Positions 47,201-57,900 of a stretch of 64,000 nucleotides of DNA are shown one piece after another. The translations under genes were made by a program, and so were the position numbers. The DNA comes from Asterias rubens (lineage: Eukaryota). Position 1 is the stretch's first letter, and each line of letters starts with the position of its first letter. The notes beneath the pieces were generated by a model that made no database searches, was not told where the DNA came from, and worked only from the letters and a program-made list of their open reading frames with translations. The stretch covers positions 22,072,001-22,136,000 of the forward strand of contig NC_047062.1 in assembly GCF_902459465.1 (NCBI RefSeq), given 5' to 3'.

Positions 47201-48340
47201 CATTCAAGTGAGTCAAAGAAACATCATCCAACCTCGAAAGTTCAAAACAAAATTACTATCTGTTAGATTGAGTTTCATTCTGCTTTAGTCACTAGATGGA
47301 ACACGTGAGGTGGTTACTATTTGGGATTCTATGGTGCGCAAATGTGGGGAAAATATTAAAGTATTTTAAGTGAAAATGACAACAATTGTTTTTATTTATT
47401 TACTGCATAACTGTTATAAATTCCGATAAGCGTAATAAATATTAAGTCTACATTTAAGAGAAAATATCATAGATTGGTTTCTTATCTCCTGAAACCAAAC
47501 AATACTGGTCTGAAATGGGGGAAAACGGATTGTTATGAAGTGTGAGTGCATCAAGGGGGGGGGGGGGGGTTGGGGTGTTTTACTTTCGTGCCTTATGATA
47601 TCTCTGGATTCTAATATAGTAGCCATAACATAATGCCTTAGGACAAAAATGTAATTAAATTTGTTAAGTACTATTTGAATAATATTTTTGATTTATTTTG
47701 CCCGCCATACTATACTAGCTTCTGAATATTCAATAAAATACCAACCAATGAAAGGTGTGAAAACATATGACGTTGCTCCAATGTCGTGCATGCACAAGCA
47801 CTGTTAATGGCGGACTGTCTCTCGCAACGTAAAACCAAAACTTTAAAAATTTCAACACACCATGAAGTGAAAGTGTTATTGTTAAAAAATTGGATAGATG
47901 ATTGGAAAAAAAAAAAATAGTTTTTGATTGTGAACAATTTTCCTGTTATCCTACTGAAAACACATGATACCAGGATAGACGGAAAAGTTTCCGTATGGCG
48001 CCACCACTTTTTCATTCGATATGAAATAATATAGTATTTAATTTACCTCAATGAGATATCCCTTTCTGTAAATATGAGTGAAAAAGTGGTGGCGCCATAC
48101 GGAAAGTTATCCGGATAGACTATGGGGATGGCTTTGACACTTTGAAATTTTGCAATGCTTATTTTTTTTTAATTAAAGAAAGATTATATTAATATTCTCA
48201 CCATTTTCATTTTTGTGAACAGTTGTCTTGAAAAAGTTCGAGACCCGTGCATCTCCTGTGTGCTCTATGTTGCAACCTAAAAGATGCACATCTGCAACCG
48301 ATGATTTAGACACAGATTTCTTGTTCAAAAAAAGAGACAT
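44286..48340 (-). CDS. RNASEH2C: Ribonuclease H2 subunit C, 5 exons, 142 aa
   Basis: complement(join(44286-44342,45032-45151,46270-46313,46686-46754,48202-48340)) = 429 nt, all GT-AG with consistent phases. Peptides VHLLGCNIEHTGDARVSNFF, TATFRGRALCGQELDVPTGYTGFVLKE and FDKFSYWNLEKTPSANDAVVKAMMWPEIAAAIH match human RNASEH2C as recalled ([70 protein letters not shown]). Confidence 0.93.
44530..44991. mobile_element. 462-bp MITE with ~32-bp TIRs
   Basis: AGT|AGAGAGGTTTCGCAAGCGTACGGATACAGATA ... TATCTGTATCTGCACGCTTGCGAAACCTCTCT|AGT. The TSD reads as 3-bp AGT, or alternatively TA. Confidence 0.8.
45526..45935. repeat. Tandem array of six palindromic 37-bp cores with 67-70-bp period, plus one partial unit
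   Basis: Cores CCTAGGATGGTTGAGG-CATTT-CCTTAACTATCCTAGG start at 45526, 45593, 45662, 45732, 45801 and 45870. They are separated by ~32-nt linkers that are A-rich at the start and T-rich at the end. Confidence 0.92.
47981..48112. mobile_element. 132-bp MITE with 8-bp TSD (GGATAGAC)
   Basis: GGATAGAC|GGAAAAGTTTCCGTATGGCGCCACCACTTTTTCA ... TGAAAAAGTGGTGGCGCCATACGGAAAGTTATCC|GGATAGAC. Confidence 0.88.
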
Positions 48341-48698
48341 TTTCTGTTTGTTTACAACAAGTTCCCGCGGTGCAAAAAACATAAATGCCGCCCTCCTTTG
48401 GGCAATAGATTTTGCTGGGCTTCGCTTTTTTAAACTTGTTCAAGTCCCTCTTTTGTTATAAAGGTTGGTTTTGCAGGGGGTGGGGGTGGAGGTGACACAA
48501 CCTTGGTTAATACTCTCAGAGCCCTTTCATTGGCCCTGCCCAACGAAATTAGCTTTCGTAAAACGTAAAACATAAACATTTGGGTGTTTTTTTTTCCCTG
48601 CAAGTTTTGCTTGCAGTATCATCTAAGTTTCGTGCCCCGCCCACCCACATAATTAGTTATCAACTATTGAGGGCGGCAGCACATTCGATTTTGAGCTT
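48341..48698. promoter_or_regulatory. Bidirectional promoter region RNASEH2C / SMIM26-like
   Basis: About 360 bp lie between the RNASEH2C ATG (48340, -) and the first + exon whose donor is AAA|GTAAGA at 48770. It carries a GC-box-like GCCCCGCCC and mirrored GAGGGCGGC motifs (48387-48395 minus, 48669-48677 plus). Confidence 0.55.
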
Positions 48699-49150
48699 AT
48701 GTCCGCTGCTGAAAAATCCAAAGAAAGAGGAAACCTCGAAAGAGTGGTGAATCTTCTTCCCAAAACAAAGTAAGATCCTTTGAGTTTTACTGCAGTGACA
48801 ATTGAACATATGCATTATAAGCTCTAGAGGTTAGAGAGGAATGGTTATGATTCTTGTTTAAGCAGTGTAAATACTGCCGTAGCTAAATCGTCATTATTGA
48901 TTGTTGTGTTTGGACTTGCTTGCGTGTGTTTCTTGAAAATGAATGAATGGGCACCATTAAAATTAATGTTCTTCTGGGAAAAGGTTTACAAAATAAAAAG
49001 GAATATTCTTTTTTTGTCTGTTATTTGTTTGTTGAGTTACAGTACTCACTAAAAGTACTTTTTGTATTCATAGTGAATGGAAAAGTTGTGGCGGGTTATA
49101 ATAATATGGAAACATGTACTGCTCAAGTCCAAAGTTTAAAAAGAAAAATT

Positions 49151-49285
49151 GGAAAAGTTTCTGTATGGTGCCAGTGCGCCACCATATTCATTCGATATGA
49201 AGTATAAAAGTATCTAACTTACCTGATCAGATATCCCTTTTTGTATATTAGTGAAAAGGTGGTGGTGCCATACGGAAAGTTATCC
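49151..49285. mobile_element. Second copy of the 8-bp-TSD MITE
   Basis: GAAAAATT|GGAAAAGTTTCTGTATGGTGCC ... GGTGGTGCCATACGGAAAGTTATCC|AAAAAATT. The TSD matches 7/8 and the interior is colinear with 47981-48112. Confidence 0.8.
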
Positions 49286-49387
49286 AAAAAATTTCTAGTT
49301 AAATTTAGATCTAACTTTTCACTGACTTGATTTTGCAGCATTGAATGAATCGAATGTGACTAGTCAAGCTTGGGACAACAAAACACC

Positions 49388-50280
49388 ATGCCGTCACTGT
49401 GGCAGCACGTCCAAGGAAAGTTTGACCGCAGCAAAAACTCAAAGTGGGGCTGGAGAGTTTCAGCTGTGTATGGCTTTGGCGTTTGGACTTTACTGGGTGT
49501 AGTGGTAATTAAGGTGATATCAAGTGCAGGTTCAATGGTGGCTGGTCAGTACGGAATGTCCAAGGACACCTATTCCACATTGTCTGAGAAGGAAAAGGAA
49601 CAGCTGGCTCAAGAAAAAAAGCTCCAAACTTGGGCTAGTAAGTTTAATTTTTGCTTCAATGTTGCATTTTGGGGGGGGGGGGGGGGGTGATGAAGGATTT
49701 ATTATTAGCCCATTTATCCTGGGTAGTAATATGACTACACAATGGGAGACTTTTGCAGCAGACTTACGGTACTAGGTTTGTTTCCAGTGTTTACATAGTT
49801 TTTAGCATGCGCAGAAGTCTACTGTCACCTAGTGTCTCTATTAAAAAAGTCCCCCATTGTTTTACAATACTTGTTTACATAATAATTATTACCGCACTCG
49901 ACAGCATGTCCTACTTATTTGTTTAAACGCATGCCCAAACACACAGTGCATTTATCCTTGCATATGTGAGGCTGCACTTCACAGGAAGGAAGGAAGGAAT
50001 ACTTGTACCTCATTTTCAGTGTTCGTTGTTCCCCAAGATATTATGGACATCTCTTTTACAATCCTAGAAATTACATTGAGGCCATCTCCTCTGATTCTGA
50101 ATATTGTAAAGATTTTCTGCACAAAAAGAAAGAAAAAAAGAGAAAAAAATCAGACTTTTTTACACTTGAAATTCAACTCAAAGATTTGTATTCTTTTCTG
50201 TTCTGTTTCCCCCAGGACAACAAGAGCTGGCTGAATATGTTGCAGAGAATATCTACACCCCTGTTGACTTCATAGGTTGA
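49388..50280 (+). CDS. SMIM26: Small single-pass membrane protein, SMIM26-like, 2 coding exons, 104 aa
   Basis: join(49388-49637,50216-50280) with start context ACCATG, donor A|GTAAGT and acceptor TTTCCCCCAG|. WGWRVSAVYGFGVWTLLGVVVI resembles human SMIM26 WYRRMSVVYGIGTWSVLG as recalled. The C-terminal exon is less certain and the symbol is tentative. Confidence 0.6.
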
Positions 50281-51905
50281 AAACTCATAAAATGTCTGTG
50301 GATTGCTTCACTGGTGCCTTATGTGGTTGTAATTGGCCAATTTGCAAATCCGTTTGGAAAGGACACTTAATAATGCTTCCCGAAGAGATGTTTCCGCAGA
50401 GACTTGAACTTTTGTAGAATGACTTTAATTTTGATGATGTGGTTGAGTCTTGGAAATGTGGCTTGCATAATTAATATCCATGCAATGCCACCTAGTTACT
50501 ATTGTGCTGCGGTGACATTTGTACCATAGTATACATACATTTGTTAATAGTATTAATATTTGCGTTTGGACATGAGCACAAGGTGTGTTTCGGTGGATGT
50601 CACACAGAAAGGCCAGAGGTTTGCAAGGTGTTGTTTTTCGAGATCTTCACCTCTTACTATTGAATAAGTCTTGGGATGACTTGAGTGCCTCTACATTGCC
50701 CTTGACGAGGGGAATTTAAATCATGAGTAGCCTCAGGGCCCAATTTTAAACAGCCTCTTGAAGCACTTGGATGACATTGGTAATTGGGAAAGACCAATTT
50801 CAACTCCTTAGAGTCCACACTTTATGAGACCAAACATAAATTTGATTATAACCCTATGTGCAAATATAACCTCTATGGGTCATCGGAGTGGGAATCACAA
50901 CAAAATTATGAAAATCCCCATGTATATTATCACTGCATTCAAATATCAAAACTAATTGTTTTTCTTTTTTTCCCCAAAAACTATAGCATTTCAGGCAAAT
51001 AGTGTGTTGTGGAAAATGTTCAGCCTTTCCAATGATGTGCATGCCACTTTGAGCAGAAAATGTTTCTAAAACATTTATGTAGGAAACCAGTCATACATGG
51101 TCATACATATGTCATTTAGATCTGCTTAAGCACAAAAAGTAGCTAAGCACAACAAATTATTGCTTTTTATATATACCAGGAAATGTACATTATGTGACTG
51201 GTATCTTGCTAATTTATACTTTCTGCTTAAGCAGCTCTATGAAATTGGGCCCTGGTATGTTTGTTCTGAGGTACTTTTTGTTCTTAATCAGCTGTATATG
51301 GAGTTGGGCCTTTGTTTAAATCATTTGAATCTGCTCTGTTAGTGAAATGAACAGAGGAGTAGATATACTGTTTTGAAGAAAGTACAAGGAATGACTGAAT
51401 GCACACATAAATTTGTTAGTAAATTTAATATTAAAGTCTATTTAAAGACTGTAAAAGTCTGTCGCTTTATTTCTCCATGCTTATTCCAACCATTTCAATT
51501 ATGTGGTTTTCATCAAAAGAATTATGTTTGAATAAAGTGGATAGATAGGCCTACCTTTTTTTTTCTTTTTAATTTTAATCTATTCAACAAGTGATCAAGA
51601 GGTATTTGTTTATTAAAATGAGTGTTATTGAGACTTGCCAAACGCTTAAAAAAAATGTTTTTGAGGTTTTAATGCTTTTGGAAATGTGTCTAATTTTATA
51701 CACGTGCGTGTGAATTACGCAACAACTCGATACAATTTTAATTGATAAAATAGCGCCCTCCAGAGTTACAACCCCGCAGAGTGGGTTCACTTACATCATA
51801 AAGTCAACAATACAGTGAGGAGGTCACGAAAGGGTTGCAAACAAGAATGGTTTCATAATATTGTTAACTCGAGCAATCATTGAAAGCTTACCTGGTTTTG
51901 CTGCA

Positions 51906-54900
51906 ATGGCTAGCGAGGTATTTGAACGAATGATGTCTTCCTTTAAAGAGCATTTGGGTTTTTCGAGGGATCACAAAACTGACAACTTGAGGGATGAATT
52001 TCGGGTTGTTTCTTCGTGCATCGAAACGATTGAGCGAGTGTCATTGTCACTGTCACCAGATGCAACAAGGTAAATATTCATACATTGTTTTAATAATGAA
52101 TAAAATAAAAACACATTTTGGGACTGTGTTGTTTCTGCTCATGTGTTGCTTACGTAAAGGTCTTTGGACGGATCAATAAAAGGAACTAGTTTGAACTTTT
52201 ATATTGAAGCCAATTCAATTGGCATAAACTTATAAACAACAAAGTTGCCATACAAATCAAATTCAACAAAACGATCAAACAATTTTTGATGATGATAGTT
52301 GCTCTATCTCCATGGTATGTTATTTTTATTGCAGGAATGTTGGTTTAATTTACGGGTGGATTTGAGTTTTTAGTTAGGCTTTAAAGCCATTGGACACTTT
52401 CGGTACAGAAAAGAAAATTAAAAGTTCACAGATTTACAAATAACTTACAGGGTTTACAGATAGAAGGTAATGGTGAAAGACTTCTCCTGAAATGCTTTAC
52501 TTTTTGAGAAAACATTAAAACAATATAAATTCTCGATATCGAGAATTACAGATTTATTTTATTTATTTTATGTCATGACTTGGCGACACGTGCGGAAACA
52601 AGAGTGGGTTTTCCCGTTATTTTCTACCGACTCCGATGACCAATTGAGCCTAAATTTATACAGGATTGTTATTTTGTATATGAGTTGTGATACACAAAGT
52701 ATAGGCCTTGGACAATACTGTTTACCGAAAGTGTCCAATGGCTTTAACAATGTGTGTTTTATCACTTCAAAACCTTTTGTTTTGTGTTATTGTTTTTTGT
52801 TTGTTGGACCCCATATACCTTAATCCTTATTGACCCCTTTGTAGGCCTGGCACGTACCTTCGAAAAGGCAAGATTTTACCGAGGAGTTATATTGTGCAAC
52901 AATACCATTCACGACCAAAATGCATTCAATATTTGTTTTATAGGCCTGTATAAACTCCAACACAGATCCTTGTCATTTGGGACAGATTTCCACAACAAAC
53001 ACAGAGAATAGAAATGGAAACTCGTCTTCATCGCACTCCTTTAATTCCTTTAAAAAACATTTTAACTTTATGACAACAACCTTGTCCCTGTGACACAACT
53101 TTGCCTCTATCCTGTGCAGTGATTAATGTATGGTTCCACTTCTCAGATTGACTCCCACTCAAGTTCTCAGTCTCCAAGACACAATCCAGCAACTTATTGA
53201 ATCAGTGACTTATATCCAACAACATCATCCATCTCACACCACAACTTCTAAGAAGTCCAAGAAAGCTTCGTCTAGCTCAACGATCACGAAAGAAGAAGAA
53301 TCGGTTCTATCTGTGGCCAGTCAGATCACAAGTCATGTATTCATTGACCTTGCAAACAATACCAAAGTCCTCCAGAAGTTCAAAAAGGTTTGTGTTTATT
53401 CCTTGTAATATTTATTAATTGCTGCAACTGAAAACACAGTGGTCCAAAGTAGAGGGATAATTTAAAACTCACGGAACTGCTTTAAACTGCTTAGGCTTAT
53501 AGCCATATTGCTGATTGTCTATTGGCTTCAAAATCTGTGATATACTTTGGTTTGGGTCGAAATCAGTTATTTTTTTTCGGCAGCCTTGAATTAAAAAAAA
53601 GTAAGTTACCCATTTAATTTTCCCAGAGTAATTTTCCCTCCAACCCAAAAAGCATAATTCTTAAAAACCTAATGCTTTACTCTTGAAAGAGTCAGGCAGA
53701 TTTTTCTTGGTAAAATGCACCTCATCAGTGAGGGAAGTTTAAATTTGTACTGCAACATTTGAATGGGCACCAAGGAAATGGCCAGGGTGTAAGAAGGCAA
53801 TTTTGCCTTCCGTTGAGATTCTGGTCCTTTTGGCTCAGATACACTTTGTGCTGAATTCAAAATAAGTTAAGATTGATTATGTAAATCACATCCCTTTCAT
53901 CAAGTACATTGATTAATAATTAAAACTTTCCAACACATTTATAATGGCAACAACTCTTTCTCTTGTTTTCAGGCACTGGATATACTGATGAGTCTACGAC
54001 CAGAAACGAGGAGCCATCTTGAGGAATGTTTGCACAAGTTGCTCGTCCCACTCGATTCCAGAGGCGGGTTGAGTGCTGAAGCATTAACCAAAGGTGTTGT
54101 GTAGTTTTTAATGCAATTTTTAATGTAGTTTTAATGCAAGTACACAGACGTGTTTTCTAAATCAATACGATTCTTGTAAAAACTGTGTAGGTCTGTAATA
54201 GTTACATGTAGAGACAGTGAGATAACTCACAGAACGTAGTCAAAAGTGAAACCATTATCGAACCCTGACTATCTGACTACCAGGATTATACACAAAAATA
54301 CCCAAAATATATTTTTAAAATGGCCTTGAAGGGGGCTGTTCACTTTTGTAAAAAAAACCATAGTGACACCCTGGGTATGAGGGTCCATTTTGGGGCGGAA
54401 AATTATCACAGCTCCATAATTCAAATCTTACAAGCAACTTATTTCACTGGATTAACATTCCATGGCAGTGCACTTTTTTGGGCGGTGGGATTTTGGACGC
54501 CCCGGAGGACTCTGTAACCATGTACAGCACAGTGGAAAAAGTCCTAGATAGAGCTAACAAATTTCATTTTGTTTTAAAACTGATTCATCAACTGTCTTCC
54601 CTGCAGTTTCTAGCCTTCTTGAAACCAGCAATATTGTTCGGGATTACCTTACAAAAAACTTTGCCCTAGTACTATCGTCTGTGGCCGGGACACTCAGCGG
54701 TGAAATTGGCCGACGAACTAAAGAAATAGACCATGTGCACTCGAGCAAGATACCAGCTGCAGATATTTGCTATCAAGCAACCAAGGTAAGCAGCAGCTAA
54801 AATGAATGATTAGTTGTAAGTTTGTATAGTTCTTTATACACAGGTTGCGATAAATAAAGCTATGCATTGTACCTTGCTTGAAGAATTTGATGCTTTTTAT

Positions 54901-57900
54901 TCACAAGGTTCTTCAGCCAAATTATACGTATATGTTTTTGAATTCCAAGAAGAGAAAAAGCAGGATTGCGGTGTGTTGCTGGCACTCATTTTTGACACAA
55001 TACTAAAGGCCATTGGAATGTTGCAGTTCAAGGTTCATGGTGCACTTCTTGTTTCAGGTGTTTCTGAAGATTTGCCAGTACGCTAAAGAGAACCTTGGAC
55101 CCCTGCTCTGGCAGCCAAGGGAAAGCACCAGTCCACGGAGCGACGTTTATGAAGACCTTTTCCAGATGGTTTCAGGATTGGTCATTCTGATTGAAGACAA
55201 GGTATTCATAATCCACCTTTGGATCTGGGCCCAATTATGTGGCTCTGCTTACCGCTGAATTCTGCACTTACAATCATCATTCTCCGCTTACTGTGAAAGC
55301 ACAAAATCTCTGCGCTAGCTGCGGAAGTGAAGAATGCATAGTAGCATGGAGTATGCAAGCACACAAGCAAAAATCCCATGCTAATCTGTGAAATGCGCTT
55401 GATGTAAGCACAGAGTTCCCAACTTCTGTAAGCACGATTCTTCGCTTACCGTAGACAGAGCCATCAAAATGGGCCTTGATACCAAGTGAAATAAAATATA
55501 ATTTGATAAGTTTCTTATATCATGTATGATATAATAATGTTGTCGGCAAGCCATTTTTAATATCTAAAACCTTGTTGCTCGTAATGAAATACTCATTCAT
55601 CCCAGTGCTCAAGCAAGGTTTGCTGAAACATGTAACTGACATTTTTGGTACACAATTACCAATTTACTCATTACAGCTTATTTCCTCTCTTTTTTTTGCA
55701 AAGTGATTTTCCCTTTTTTTTTCGCACTTGAAAAGTTGATTACCTACACCTGCATTTTTCACAAAATCATTTGTGCGTTTTGTTTACAGCGGTTTTCCAA
55801 GGACTGTGGTCTCATGGCTGGAAGCACCTTCGCTATGATGCTGAATTCTGCCCCACAACCTAAACTAGCAGCTCAGGCAGTTAATAGTCTAATCAACAGA
55901 TATTCAAGTGAGTTATTAAGTAGTGATGGGTAGTAATAGCTAGATACTGTTTGCTTCTATTCCTTTATGGTCTGCCTCACCAGTGTGGCCCGGGTTCGTT
56001 TCCTGGCTAAGGCCATATTGGAGTAGAGTTTTGCGTTGGTTCTCTCCTTGCGGGCTGTCCGGTTTTCCTCCCTTTGGAAAAAAAAACACTTTTGATCTCT
56101 CGCTGTGCCCCCTGGTCATATAATGGTTGATGTGGAAGGCTGCCATTGGCACCCCTGAAATGCCTGCAGCCCGAACACGTTGTAGCTGCGTCCTTTGCAA
56201 TTCAGCTTCTCAGCTGCAAGTTCGACATTTTACACACTCATTTACTATTATTTTGTCAAATTTTGTAGCTACTGGTGGCCAGGAAAATCTACAGATTGGT
56301 AACATGACAGTCCCTGCACTCACTACTGCCCTTCAACCAGCATCAACGGTCTTTCCACAAGTAGCAATAGCAAGAGGAGTATTGACATGCTGTGACAAGG
56401 CTATTCTACTCGAAGATGTGTCTCGTAATGACAAGGTTAGTTTTAGCAGATTTTGTTCTTAATTTTGTATTTATATTGACCCCTTGCACAACGCACTTAC
56501 TACCGCCTATCCTGTCAGACATTGTGGGAGTCAAAATCTTTCACAAATGTGTGCCCAAAAGATTTGCCTCTCAAAAATGGTTGAAAAAGCGCATTGTTCG
56601 TAGGTGCGTTTCACTTTGTGTAAGGGTTCTATAGAAATCAAACCCCCTTGCATAATGTGTAACACTACCAGGTATGCTGAAGTCGTGCACAGGTTTTTAC
56701 AGAAGGTGATTTTGAGGTGGATTTTTAATTAGCATCAGGTACTGCAAAGAACTGCCCAGGCATAAATATTGCTTTAAGAATAAAACAAGTTTGTTTTACT
56801 GCATATTTTCTGTTTTCCCCCCATTTCTTTTTACAGCAACAAATTCTTTCTACTCATGTGATCTTCCCATTGATATGTGACCTATGCAAGGATGCCTCAG
56901 GGGAACTGAAATATCATACTAGTGAAGGTACGTTCACTAATAGTAACTTTCCTTTGTGTATTATAAGACTGGTAATTGTCAGAGCAAAATAGTTTGCTGA
57001 CTGTTAAACTGAACAGGCTACAGTACATTAATCTTTATTGCTACCAGAATTTTTAAGAATTATTTCATCTAAAATGTCTTAGTTTCCATGAAAATCACTT
57101 GATTTTAATTCAGTGTCCTTTTCCTTGATGATGGAAAACAATAGTCTAAGGAATGAGTGTAAATTGCTTAAAAGTGTCTTTCACTTAAAACATAAAGGAG
57201 ATGATTTGTTATGGATTTGTAGGTCAAGATTACCTCAGTCAAATTAGTATGACTGCTGTTAGAGTCTCGCTGCTAGGGGCAGCGCGTCTATATCGATACC
57301 TCTAGTCAATAAAAAATTGTTTTACTCTTAGATTTTTCGGTCTCAACCCCACAGCCTTGAGTCTGTACCTTCAAGTCATGAAAACCCTCCTCCCGATCAT
57401 CCAAAAGAAAAACTCAACCCATCCACGTCTTCCGCTGTTTGACAGAGATTCAACTCAGACCCAGGCCATTCTGAAGCTAGTGTGGCGAGAATGGCAGAGC
57501 CCGGTGGATGGAGTGGCTGAGATGATCCGATCATCCTTAGCAACGTTACTGGTCATTCATCAAGAGGAGGCTAAGGCTCTGGGAATTGCTGACTCTCAGG
57601 TATTACAGCTAGTAGGGCAGTCGGGTTGGTTCAGTGACTTCTGTCCCTGCCTTTCACCTCTGTGAACCCCGTTTGGACACCTGGACAGGAGCCTTGTATG
57701 TGGATCGGGTTTTTCAGTCCCTACGTGACTACGTGGGTAAAACATCTAAAACTGAATTTTCTTCAGTGTCTTCTCTGCAAAAGGATTACAGGAATGTTAT
57801 TGACCAAATGACCAGGGCATTAATGTAAAACGGTTATTGTAAAAAGTGCTATCACAGCTATTGTTTATATTAATGAGTAAATTTTGAATGTGATTCAATG

